In this document: positions 28,772-36,803 of the stretch, piece by piece | Position numbering within the stretch: position 1 is the stretch's first letter | Layout: each line of letters begins with the position of its first letter | Assembly (NCBI GenBank): GCA_044238145.1 | Contig: JBIIDT010000008.1 | Coordinates: forward strand, 3,610 to 67,609 | Direction: 5' to 3' | Length of the DNA: 64,000 nt | From: Pirellulales bacterium | GTDB lineage: Bacteria > Planctomycetota > Planctomycetia > Pirellulales > UBA1268 | The notes under the pieces: generated by a model | Databases searched by the model: none | Seen by the model: the letters and a program-made list of their open reading frames with translations, nothing else | What the model was told of the DNA's origin: nothing | Position numbers and translations under genes: made by a program

Positions 28772-29287
28772 ATGGAGGAGGCTGTCGTGGTCGTGGTGCT
28801 GCTGACCGTCGTGCTGGGCATGGCCTGCTGGCCGCCGGTGTCGTGGGCCACGGACACCAGGACCGACGACCGTGCGATCTCCGTCGGCCGGTGGCGTGTG
28901 GTCGCCGTCGACATGAACGGCAGGGAGATCGACCCCGAAATGATCGCCCTGCTCGAGGTCGCCTACCGGGAAGACGGCTCGTGGGCGGTGCTCTTCAAGG
29001 GCCTTACACTTGCCGAGGGCACGAGCACCAACGACCAGGATGCCTCTCCCAAGACCTGCGACATGGAGACGGCGGCCGGCGAGCACTCCCGGCCGCAGAA
29101 GTACGTCGGCATCTACCGGATCGAGGACGATGTCCGTTGGCTGTGCTTCGTGGAAGCCGGGAAGCCCAGGCCCGACGAGTTCGTGGCACCCCGTGGAAGC
29201 GGGCGGATGCTCGTGAAGCTTCAGCGTCGGGGCTGCGGCGAACGACACGAGCCACGCGGGACGTTGCAGGGCGTCGCCCGGCCTTGA
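28772..29287 (+). CDS. TIGR03067-like Planctomycetes domain protein
   Basis: N-terminal hydrophobic signal/anchor. GRWRVVAVDMNGREIDPE..., SPKTCDM, YVGIYRIEDDVRWLCF...GKPRPDEF...MLVKLQRR follow the G-W-vv / PK-iD / GIY-l-gD-L-lC / RP-eF pattern of that family. Confidence 0.65.
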   Translation: MEEAVVVVVLLTVVLGMACWPPVSWATDTRTDDRAISVGRWRVVAVDMNGREIDPEMIALLEVAYREDGSWAVLFKGLTLAEGTSTNDQDASPKTCDMETAAGEHSRPQKYVGIYRIEDDVRWLCFVEAGKPRPDEFVAPRGSGRMLVKLQRRGCGERHEPRGTLQGVARP

Positions 29288-29377
29288 CGGGCCGGGCGGG
29301 CGGACCCGCGCGCGTGCTGTTCAGCACCGTGGCCTAGGAAGCGGATCAGCCCGGCGCCGATGCTCCGGCCGTGCCTC

Positions 29378-31504
29378 CTACTTCCGCTTGATGATCAGGC
29401 GGTTCCCCAGGCCCTTCTTGCCGACGAGGAACTTCTCCACGGTCACCAAACCGTCTTTGTCTGCGGTCTCGTCGCCCTCAGCGATCTTCTCCGGCTGGCT
29501 TGTGTCGCCGAAGTCCCAGTTCTCCCAGCGCACCGTCTCGCCGGGAGACGGACGAAATGCCTGGCAGCGGCGCGGGGTGATATCGACCGTGGCCGTGTCC
29601 TTCGGCCACTCACCCACGATGTCGTTTTTTTCGAGCCGGAAGTTCATGCCCCATTCCTTCTCTCCATCGACCGCATCGTCGGCCGTACGGCCCTTGTCGT
29701 AGTTCTGAAGCCGGCTGGACCAGGTGATGTGCCCGTTGCGGGTGCCGCGCGGATCGCCGTCGATGACCAGATACCGCTTCTTATTCGCGTCCGCGGCCGC
29801 CGCCAGTTCGGCCTCGTTGGGTTCGCGCTTCAGCTTGGTTTGCATCTGCTGCCGCTGGTACTTGGTCACCGGAGGCTTGCAGGCAACGAGATCCCCCGAC
29901 TCCACCGTGATCACATCCCCTTCGCATTTCTTCACCCGAAACCACTCACGGGTATCGGCCGACGGAGCCAGCACCAAGGTCATGCCGGTGATGTCATGCC
30001 GGATGGGGACCTCGACCACGAGGTGGTCCTTCTCGAGCTTCTTGACCTTGCCTTGGATCCGGGCCCCGAACTTCAGAGGGGAATCGCAACTGGCGTTCCT
30101 CATGGCCGGGAGGGTCTCGTCGCGCTCCAGTTGAAACCATCTCATCTTCGACCCGGAACCCAGGTCGCCCGCATGGTCGGCCATGTCCCAGCCCACCGCA
30201 TAGGGGTGCTTGCCGGCGGCCAAGGCGTCCCAGTATTCGGCGATCCCCCAGAAGGGGATGACGGCATCGATGGTGCCGTGACCCGAATCGAGGTAGGGGG
30301 TCTCGATCGCGGGATCGCTCACCCAGGTCTTCAGGTCCAAGAGGTCGTACACCCTCTTTCCGCCGCGGAGGGAGGTCGGCAGATTGGCCTCAAAGGAGCC
30401 ATACTTTTTCTCGAAGTCAGGCCAGAAAGTGTTCTCCCGAAACTCCTGCGTGAACGGGTTGACCGTTTTCAGGATGGCCCAGTTGGTGTAGCCCTTGGAC
30501 GCATGGCCCGATGCGACCAAGTCGCCGTTCTTCAGCGTGACGTGGTTCGTTCCGCTGCCCCCCATGGAGCCGCCGAAGACGTGCACCCGCAGGGGGTCGA
30601 TCTTCGCCGGGAAGTTGGGTGGGTTCGAGATCACCCAGCGGATGGCCTGCAGCAGCCTCTGCTCCGTGTAGTTGACCACCCGCTCCCCTTTGGCCTCCTT
30701 CTTGTCGTCGACCTCTTTCAACCCCTCGACCGAGCCGAACCACCACGTGAGGTTGTAGTCGAACATGGCGATGGTCACGCCGTCGCCGATGGGAAAGCTG
30801 TAGGGCATGAAGACATCCTTCCATGCCGTATAGGCGTGCAGCTTCACCGACAGGGGAGCCGGATCGCTGACCTTGGCGGGGATGGAAGCGTTGAAGACAT
30901 GGGCGTACCCCTCCATGTGGTCGTCGACCCGAGTGGGGTTCCACGCTTCGAAATCCGAGAAGAACACGAACCAGTGCTGGTTCTTGTCCTTGAAGGCCAG
31001 GGTGGCGCCCGGCGTCCCGATCTTTTCCGGGACACCCTCGGCGAGGGCATTGTCGCCCTGCTTCGCGTCCGCGCCCTCGGCCGAAGTCACCGCGTAGTAG
31101 GTCGTGCCCTCGTTCTTGATCGTGCGGACGAACAGGCCGGTGCCGTCGGGGAGCCCCTTCGAGGCGTCCGGGGCGTCCTCGATCTGGATGCGTTCGGCCC
31201 ACTTCTGGCCTTTCAAGAGGTTGGCCAACTTCGCGTCTTTGGTGTTCCTGTTCTCGTTGTTCGGATCCGCGTTCAAGAAGCGGAAGTGGTTGGAACCCTT
31301 GGGGATCTTCGCAATCCAATTCAGGCCGGTGGTCTTCTCTATGGGGGTGTCGGACGCATAGACGTAGTACCAGTCCGCGCCGTCCTCCTGCCAGGTCAGG
31401 AAGGTCTGCCCAGAACGGCAGAAGGCCTTGAGCCCCACCGGGGCAGCCCGGGCGGCCAAGGGGAACGACAGGAGGACGAACAGGACGCAACTCAGCCTGT
31501 TCAT
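29378..31504 (-). CDS. secreted alpha/beta-hydrolase-like protein (GxSxG), function unknown
   Basis: 708-aa ORF. The signal peptide is MNRLSCVLFVLLSFPLAARA. A nucleophile-elbow-like motif is RVHVFGGSMGGSGT. The protein is Lys/Asn/Asp-rich and its DNA is markedly lower in GC than the rest of the window (50-60% versus 75% in hand-counted lines). Confidence 0.75.
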   Translation of the reverse strand: MNRLSCVLFVLLSFPLAARAAPVGLKAFCRSGQTFLTWQEDGADWYYVYASDTPIEKTTGLNWIAKIPKGSNHFRFLNADPNNENRNTKDAKLANLLKGQKWAERIQIEDAPDASKGLPDGTGLFVRTIKNEGTTYYAVTSAEGADAKQGDNALAEGVPEKIGTPGATLAFKDKNQHWFVFFSDFEAWNPTRVDDHMEGYAHVFNASIPAKVSDPAPLSVKLHAYTAWKDVFMPYSFPIGDGVTIAMFDYNLTWWFGSVEGLKEVDDKKEAKGERVVNYTEQRLLQAIRWVISNPPNFPAKIDPLRVHVFGGSMGGSGTNHVTLKNGDLVASGHASKGYTNWAILKTVNPFTQEFRENTFWPDFEKKYGSFEANLPTSLRGGKRVYDLLDLKTWVSDPAIETPYLDSGHGTIDAVIPFWGIAEYWDALAAGKHPYAVGWDMADHAGDLGSGSKMRWFQLERDETLPAMRNASCDSPLKFGARIQGKVKKLEKDHLVVEVPIRHDITGMTLVLAPSADTREWFRVKKCEGDVITVESGDLVACKPPVTKYQRQQMQTKLKREPNEAELAAAADANKKRYLVIDGDPRGTRNGHITWSSRLQNYDKGRTADDAVDGEKEWGMNFRLEKNDIVGEWPKDTATVDITPRRCQAFRPSPGETVRWENWDFGDTSQPEKIAEGDETADKDGLVTVEKFLVGKKGLGNRLIIKRK

Positions 31505-31694
31505 GGCGTCACCTCACAATACGATGACCGAGTGTGTCGAGACATGTTGACCAACTGGTAGACCGATCGGCCACGCAGGCTGAGGAACAGTTCTGCCGCC
31601 GCAGGGCCTCGCAGTCCATCGGGCGAAAAATCCGCCCGCGCGAAGAAGCCGACAATCTTCCGTGTTTTCCACGTGATCACGGCGAAAACAGCAA

Positions 31695-31767
31695 AGCGGG
31701 CGAAGGGACTCGAACCCTCGACATCCAGCTTGGGAAGCTAGCGCTCTACCAACTGAGCTACGCCCGC
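31695..31767 (-). tRNA. tRNA-Gly (anticodon CCC)
   Basis: The minus strand reads GCGGGCGTAGCTCAGTTGGTAGAGCGCTAGCTTCCCAAGCTGGATGTCGAGGGTTCGAGTCCCTTCGCCCGCT. It has a 7-bp acceptor GCGGGCG/CGCCCGC, a D-loop AGCTCAGTTGGTAGAGC, and anticodon stem CTAGC/GCTGG with loop TTCCCAA. The T-arm is GAGGG-TTCGAGT-CCCTT and the discriminator is U. CCA is not encoded. Confidence 0.9.
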
Positions 31768-31889
31768 GAAACAACCGCAGTTTAGCAGATCGGGCCGTCG
31801 TTCAAGCGACCCCGCCATCGCCACCGCGTAGAATCTCGGCCAGCAGCGGCCGGCCCTCCCGGCCGCCGCCCCCGAGGAGCAGCTTCCCG

Positions 31890-33479
31890 ATGGCCGAGCC
31901 GTCCGCCATGCCACCCGCGGCACCGCGCCGCTTCCTCTCGTCGCAGATCCGCGCCGCCGTCGCCACCCTCGCGATCGCCGCCCTTCTCGGCCTGGCCTCG
32001 CTGCCCTGGCTGCTCTCCAATCCCGCGCGGATCTCGCGGCTCATCGCCACCACCGTGCCGGAACTGCGGGGTGACGTGCGGATCGACGCGGTGCGGCTGG
32101 GCTGGACCGGCCCGATCGCCCTCGAGGGCGTGGCGATCGTGCCGCGGGCCGGGGGCGAGCCACCGATCCGCATCCGCCGCATCGAGGCGAGCCACGGCCT
32201 GGCGGCGATCCTGCTCTCCGCGGGCGACGTCGGCCGGCTGCGGATCGAGGGGCTCGAGGCCGACGTCGTCTACGACGATGAGCACCACTCGAACCTCGCG
32301 GACCTGTTCGTGCCCGCCGCAGGCAACGCCGCGTCCGACGCCGCCCCGACTGGAGGCCGGCGGGCCCGGAAGAGCCCGCTGCGGCTGCGGCTGGAGGTGG
32401 CCGGTGCGATCGTCCGCATGCGCGGGCCGTGGGGGGGCGAGCCCTGGGTCAGCGACCCGATCGATGTGCGGGCCACGCTCGGCCCGGCGACCGATGGCGA
32501 CTGGAGCGAGTGGACGCTCGAGCCGGTCCAGCTGCTCGCCGACGCGCGGATGGAGCCGGGCGTGGCGCAGGGAGTGCTCGCCTACATCGCGCCGGTGCTC
32601 GCCGACGCGACCCGGACCAGCGGTCGGTTCTCGCTGCGGCTCGACGGCGCCCGGTTGCCGGTCGGCCAGCCCGGCGCGGGGCATGTGGCGGGCGTGCTCG
32701 CGATGCACGAGGTGGTGGTCGGCCCCGGGCCGCTGGTGGAGCGGCTCTTCGAGGCGCTGCCGGGCAGGCTGCCCGCGCCCCCGGCGATCCGGATCGCCGA
32801 CGAGGCGAACGTGAAGTTTCGGCTGGCCGACCGGCGAGTGTGGCACGAGGGCCTGGAGTTCGGCCTGCCGCTGGCCAAGCCGGGCCAGAGGTTGGACGTG
32901 AACTCGAGCGGCTCGGTGGGCATCGACGACAAATCGCTCGACATCACCCTCTCGCTGCCCATCCCGGCCGACCTGCCGCAGGACAAGCCGCTGCTGGCGG
33001 CGCTGGCGGGCAAGCGGGTGTCGCTGGGCATCGGTGGCTCGCTCGAGCGGCCGAAGGTGAACTTCGACGGTTCGATCAAGGCCACGGCGGGCGAGGTGCT
33101 GGGCGATTTCCTGGACCGCGTCCGGAACGGGAATCCGCCGCGGCCCGCGCCGCCGGCCGCCACTCCACCGGGCGCCGCCGCACCGCCGCAGCCCGGGTGG
33201 ACGCCCGCTGACGATCGGACCGGCGACACCACTGCCGCTACCACGCCGGCGACGCCAGCCGGCGATGGCACGACCGAGGCGATCGTCGATCTCGTGGGCG
33301 ACGTGCTCGAGGAGGTGGCGAAGCGGCGGGCCGAACGGCGGGCCGCGGAGGCGGCGAATCCCGACCAGCCGCCGCCGCCGCGGCGAGGCAGATTGTTGCG
33401 CCGGCTCGTGACGCCGCCGGAACCGGGTGCGGAGCCGGCGGCCGAGGCGAAGCCAGAGCCCGCTCCCGCGCCGGAGTGA
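31890..33479 (+). CDS. membrane-anchored AsmA-like/DUF748-like protein with Pro-rich C-terminus
   Basis: 529-aa ORF with GAGGAG upstream. N-terminal anchor is IRAAVATLAIAALLGLASLPWLL. An extended beta-rich region (DVRIDAVRLGWTGPIALEGVAIVP...RLRIEGLEADVVYD) is reminiscent of AsmA-family N-termini. The C-terminal 110 aa are P/A/T-rich. Confidence 0.6.
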   Translation: MAEPSAMPPAAPRRFLSSQIRAAVATLAIAALLGLASLPWLLSNPARISRLIATTVPELRGDVRIDAVRLGWTGPIALEGVAIVPRAGGEPPIRIRRIEASHGLAAILLSAGDVGRLRIEGLEADVVYDDEHHSNLADLFVPAAGNAASDAAPTGGRRARKSPLRLRLEVAGAIVRMRGPWGGEPWVSDPIDVRATLGPATDGDWSEWTLEPVQLLADARMEPGVAQGVLAYIAPVLADATRTSGRFSLRLDGARLPVGQPGAGHVAGVLAMHEVVVGPGPLVERLFEALPGRLPAPPAIRIADEANVKFRLADRRVWHEGLEFGLPLAKPGQRLDVNSSGSVGIDDKSLDITLSLPIPADLPQDKPLLAALAGKRVSLGIGGSLERPKVNFDGSIKATAGEVLGDFLDRVRNGNPPRPAPPAATPPGAAAPPQPGWTPADDRTGDTTAATTPATPAGDGTTEAIVDLVGDVLEEVAKRRAERRAAEAANPDQPPPPRRGRLLRRLVTPPEPGAEPAAEAKPEPAPAPE

Positions 33480-33493
33480 ACCCTCGGCGCATC

Positions 33494-33533
33494 AAAAAGC
33501 CGGGCCTTCCCGAAGGAAGGCCCGGCATCTTTT
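33494..33533. terminator. bidirectional rho-independent terminator
   Basis: AAAAA, then GCCGGGCCTTCC (33499-33510), loop CGAA, GGAAGGCCCGGC (33515-33526), then ATCTTTT. The stem is a perfect 12 bp with an A-tract on one side and a T-tract on the other. It lies between convergent genes ending at 33479 (+) and 33596 (-). Confidence 0.75.
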
Positions 33534-33595
33534 CGATCGGTTTCGATCCGCGTGCAGCCTCGCGGGTGCGACGCGGAATGAGAACCGGTACCGGC

Positions 33596-33997
33596 TCAGG
33601 TCTTGGCCGGGGCAGCCGGAGCGGCCGGAGCGGCCTCGGTCGGCACGCCCTCGGAGATCACGCCCTCGCCACCGCAGGCACCGCCGGCGCAACCGCCCTC
33701 GACGGCACCGCCGCACGAGCCGCAACCCTCGCCGCAGCTGCCGCAGTCGGCAGCGGCCTCGCCGCAGGCGCCGCAGTCGGCCGCAGCAGCCTCGGCACCG
33801 TGGCACTTCTTGGCACGGTGACGGGCCAGCAGGCCGCCGTGGCACTTCTTGGCGTGGTGCTTGGCGAGCAGACCGCCGTGGCAACGACGGCCACCGTGGC
33901 AGCCATGACCGGCGACGGCACCCGAGTCACCGCCGACGAGGGCGATGGCGACGAGCGCGAAGAACATCGCAACAGCAAAACCGAGGAACCGCTTCAT
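33596..33997 (-). CDS. small secreted Cys/His/Gly-rich repeat protein (putative metal- or redox-active)
   Basis: The ATG at 33997 has GGAG 8 nt upstream (the track ORF starts further up, at 34111). The signal/anchor is MKRFLGFAVAMFFALVAIALVGG. The mature part is GHGCHGGRRCHGGLLAKHHAKKCHGGLLARHRAKKCHGAEAAAADCGACGEAAADCGSCGEGCGSCGGAVEGGCAGGACGG. It has 12 Cys, four CHG motifs and three CxxC. Confidence 0.7.
   Translation of the reverse strand: MKRFLGFAVAMFFALVAIALVGGDSGAVAGHGCHGGRRCHGGLLAKHHAKKCHGGLLARHRAKKCHGAEAAAADCGACGEAAADCGSCGEGCGSCGGAVEGGCAGGACGGEGVISEGVPTEAAPAAPAAPAKT
33799..33876. repeat. tandem 39-bp coding repeat (2 units plus a partial third)
   Basis: CGTGGCACTTCTTGGCACGGTGACGGGCCAGCAGGCCGC (33799-33837) is followed by CGTGGCACTTCTTGGCGTGGTGCTTGGCGAGCAGACCGC (33838-33876). 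On the minus strand they encode the CHGGLLA(K/R)H(H/R)AKK units. Confidence 0.8.
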
Positions 33998-34209
33998 CAG
34001 AAATCTCCACTGGGGAAAACCGGCCGCGCTGGGCGTCCGGAAGCCGTCACGAATTGAAACCCGATCCGGGACGGCCACCGGACCGCAGCAAACCTTGTGG
34101 TCTGAAATCACGCATCGCCCCGGCGTCTGGAGCCGTCACCAGGACTGTCGATTCCACGAGGAAATCAGCAGTTTGGGGAAGGTGTGACGCCTAGGAAAGA
34201 TAGGCCGTA

Positions 34210-34237
34210 AGGCTAGCAGCGTGACCCCCAGTGTCAA
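34210..34237 (-). promoter_or_regulatory. candidate sigma-70-type promoter for the Cys/His-rich protein gene
   Basis: The minus strand reads TTGACA (34237-34232), a 16-nt spacer, then TAGCCT (34215-34210). This is a perfect -35 hexamer in an AT-richer stretch. It implies a leader of about 200 nt before the ATG at 33997. Confidence 0.35.
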
Positions 34238-34293
34238 GAAAGATGGGGGGTTTGCGGCGAGAATGCCGATTGAGAGGCCTTTTGTGGCCGATT

Positions 34294-34911
34294 TTAACGA
34301 ACTTTCTGCGGTGAACCGCCACCGTTGGCCGTCCGGGCGGCTGCATCCTGTTGGGCTTGGGCCCGCTTTTGGATCTCCTCGGCCACCCGCTCCTGTTTGG
34401 CGAGCATGTCCTCGGGATCCTCGAAGTTCAGCAGCAGCGGCGGCATGTCGTCGAACACCCGCATGGCCATGCCGACGACTCGCCAGCCCTCTGGATCCAG
34501 GCGGACCACCCAAACCACGTTTTCGGTGGTCTTGAAGCCGTCGGAATCGACGTCGGTCCAGGCCGTGCCGACGTGGACCAGATCACCGGATTCGCCGATC
34601 ATCTCGCAGTCGCGCACCGAATAGGTGGCCGAATCGGCGACCGGCGGGGCCACGGAAATGCCCATTTCCTCGGTCTTTTGCCGGGCGACCTTCGTGAGCA
34701 GCCCGCGGGCGGCGTCGTCGTCGCCCCGCTTGATCGCCTCGAGGAACGAGACCACCGTCGTCTTGGCGGGTTCCGTCCGCGCCGAACCGCCACCGCCGCC
34801 GGAGCAGCCGGTGTGCAGCAGCACCGCGCAGGCGGCGAGGCCGCCGACCAGGCCCATCGCCGTGAAGGACGGGGCGGAGGCCGTGTGGGATGGACGAACG
34901 AGGTTGGCCAT
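34294..34911 (-). CDS. putative lipoprotein, function unknown
   Basis: 205-aa ORF. It has a lipobox-like LLHTGCSGGGGG after the hydrophobic MGLVGGLAACAVLL. A small alpha+beta domain follows (VVSFLEAIKRGDDDAARGLL...VVWVVRLDPEGWRVVGM), then a charged tail. Confidence 0.6.
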   Translation of the reverse strand: MANLVRPSHTASAPSFTAMGLVGGLAACAVLLHTGCSGGGGGSARTEPAKTTVVSFLEAIKRGDDDAARGLLTKVARQKTEEMGISVAPPVADSATYSVRDCEMIGESGDLVHVGTAWTDVDSDGFKTTENVVWVVRLDPEGWRVVGMAMRVFDDMPPLLLNFEDPEDMLAKQERVAEEIQKRAQAQQDAAARTANGGGSPQKVR

Positions 34912-35031
34912 GGCGGCGAGACTCCTGCGGCACGAGGCCCCCGGGGGGGCGGGATCGGGCAGGGAAGGTGACGGCCGCCGTCGCGGGGGTCAAGAGGAGT
35001 CTTGGCAGCGTTTTTCCGCTAGGATGACGCC

Positions 35032-36021
35032 ATGAAACGCACCTCGCCCCGGCCGCGACGCTTCCCCTGGCACTCGACCCTCCCGGCCGTGATCGCCGTC
35101 CTCGTGGCCGCGGCCGCCTTCGGCCAGTCCCCCCGCACGAAGCCGGTGCGGCGGTCGACCCCGCCGCCCACAAGTTGGGACAAGGCCACGTCCGGCACGT
35201 TCTTCGACGACGCCTTCACGATGCTGGAGGGCAAGCGGCCCGATTTCGCCGCCGCCGGATCCAAGGCGACGGCGGGGGCGACCGGCCCGGCGACCGCCGG
35301 CCCCGCGAACGGCGCGGGCGGATCCTTCAAGTGGTCGGCGCTCGTCTCCGAGGAGACGCTCACCGACGAGATCAAGGACTCGAAGGCGGCGATCGCCGCC
35401 GCGGTGGCACGGCCGAGCGACTTCAAGGGGGGCGGGTTCGACAAGGCCCGCGAGGTGTTCAGTTCCATCGCCCTGGCGTTCGGGGTGATCGCCGCCTACG
35501 ACCAGGACATCCGCTGGAAGAAGGACGCCGCCACGGCCCGCGACCTGTTCGCCCGGGCGGGATTCAACTGCAAGGTCGGCACCGACCAGTCGTTCGCCGA
35601 GTCGAAGGCCCGGCTCGCGGACCTGGAGGCCATGCTCGACGGCGGCGCGCCGGAGGGCAAGCCGGACCGCGACGAGGACTTCCAGTGGAGCCAGGTGGCG
35701 GCCCGCCCGCCCTTGATGAAGCGGCTCGACGTGGCGGAGAAGGTGGTCGCCGCCGCGACCGCCAGCAAGAGCGACTTCGACCGGCAGCTCGAGCGGCTCG
35801 TCCGCGAGGCCGAGATGGTGGCCGCGATCGGCGAGGCGATCCAGCGGAAGGATTACGAGTACCACGACGACGACACGTACCGCGGCTACGCGGCCGCCAT
35901 GCGGGATGCCGCCGTCGCCGCCCGGGACGCGGCCCGGAAGAAGGACTACGCCGCCGCCGGCACCGCGATCGGTGCGCTCAAGAAGTCCTGCGACGCCTGC
36001 CACGGCGACTACCGGAGTTGA
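35032..36021 (+). CDS. secreted class II cytochrome c (cytochrome c'-like) domain protein
   Basis: 329-aa ORF with signal-like LPAVIAVLVAAAAFGQS. It is helical and ends in ALKKSCDACHGDYRS. That is a single CxxCH heme-attachment motif at the extreme C-terminus, as in four-helix-bundle class II cytochromes c. Confidence 0.7.
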   Translation: MKRTSPRPRRFPWHSTLPAVIAVLVAAAAFGQSPRTKPVRRSTPPPTSWDKATSGTFFDDAFTMLEGKRPDFAAAGSKATAGATGPATAGPANGAGGSFKWSALVSEETLTDEIKDSKAAIAAAVARPSDFKGGGFDKAREVFSSIALAFGVIAAYDQDIRWKKDAATARDLFARAGFNCKVGTDQSFAESKARLADLEAMLDGGAPEGKPDRDEDFQWSQVAARPPLMKRLDVAEKVVAAATASKSDFDRQLERLVREAEMVAAIGEAIQRKDYEYHDDDTYRGYAAAMRDAAVAARDAARKKDYAAAGTAIGALKKSCDACHGDYRS

Positions 36022-36039
36022 CCGCCGCTCCCGGGGAAC

Positions 36040-36615
36040 TCACCTTCCCGGCAGCAGGTCGCGCAGCGGCTCGAGCTGGATCAAGTCGGCGAGTCCCGCC
36101 TCGGCCATCTCCCGGCCGGTGACGTAGCGGTGCGTGGCGATCCACTCCTCGATCAGGTTGGCCGCCTTGCCGAAGAGCTGTGTCAGCAGCACGTCCATGT
36201 CGCGCTCGAGGTCGGCGAAGTGCCGCGACCACTCGGCCGCCTCCTTGATGCCGATGTGCTCCTCGCTCTGCCACTTCATCGGGTGGAAGAGGAACACGCT
36301 GTAGGGGGTGACCAGCCGCCGCCGGCAGGCGGCGAACGGCCAGAGCGCGGCCGAGGAACACTCGCCCGTCACCACCGCCGTGGCCCGCACGTCACGGATC
36401 CGGAGCAGCGCCACGAGCGACATCGCGCAGTAGGGGCTGCCGCCGGGCGAGTCGAAGTAGATCGTGCACTCGCCGCCGGGGGCGACGCCGAGCAGTCGGT
36501 CGGTGAGGTCGGACTCGCTCTCGGTGAGGTCGCCCACGAGCGCGATCTCGAGCGGCCCCTGCTCCTCCGCGCGGGATTCCGGTTCCGATGCGGGACGGTC
36601 GTCGCGGCGTGCCAT
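36040..36615 (-). CDS. ClpP/crotonase-fold Clp-protease-like protein
   Basis: 191-aa ORF. IYFDSPGGSPYCAMSLV resembles the ClpP INSPGGS motif. GECSSAALW and FLFHPMKW align with the Ser and His catalytic regions. In my by-eye alignment I cannot find the third (Asp) position. Confidence 0.7.
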   Translation of the reverse strand: MARRDDRPASEPESRAEEQGPLEIALVGDLTESESDLTDRLLGVAPGGECTIYFDSPGGSPYCAMSLVALLRIRDVRATAVVTGECSSAALWPFAACRRRLVTPYSVFLFHPMKWQSEEHIGIKEAAEWSRHFADLERDMDVLLTQLFGKAANLIEEWIATHRYVTGREMAEAGLADLIQLEPLRDLLPGR

Positions 36616-36803
36616 GAGCCTGGAAGCTCCCCGGGAAAGTCGGCGGCGACCTCGCAGGCCGCATGGGGGCGAGACTACGGCCCACGGGGCGGTTTCACAA
36701 GGTTCGAGCGGCCCCTTGCGGCGGGGCGGCGGCAGGCGGGATGATCGAGGCAGCGGCCGCCTGGCGGCCGCCCGGTCTCCCGAACCGCGTCGAGGACTTC
36801 CGC

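Noticed and set aside
31768-31889. Promoter for tRNA-Gly (minus strand TTGAAC ... TAAACT at 31805-31779)
   Set aside because: The hexamers are only 4/6 matches and the spacer is 15 nt, which is shorter than functional sigma-70 spacing. This is too weak to list as a feature.
33603-34057. Plus-strand ORFs (72 and 193 aa) antisense to the Cys/His-rich protein gene
   Set aside because: They are mirror-frame products of the Gly/Ala/Cys codon repeats. They lack start context, whereas the minus-strand frame has GGAG plus ATG, a signal peptide and a downstream terminator.
34985-35031. Sigma-54 promoter upstream of the cytochrome c'-like gene (TTGGCAGCGTTTTTCCGC)
   Set aside because: The GG-N10-GC spacing of -24/-12 promoters is not met (GG is followed after 10 nt by CC). 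Other TGGCAC occurrences in the window (for example 43074, 32836, 6311) also lack a correctly spaced TTGC. No target promoter for the NtrC-type activator can be named.
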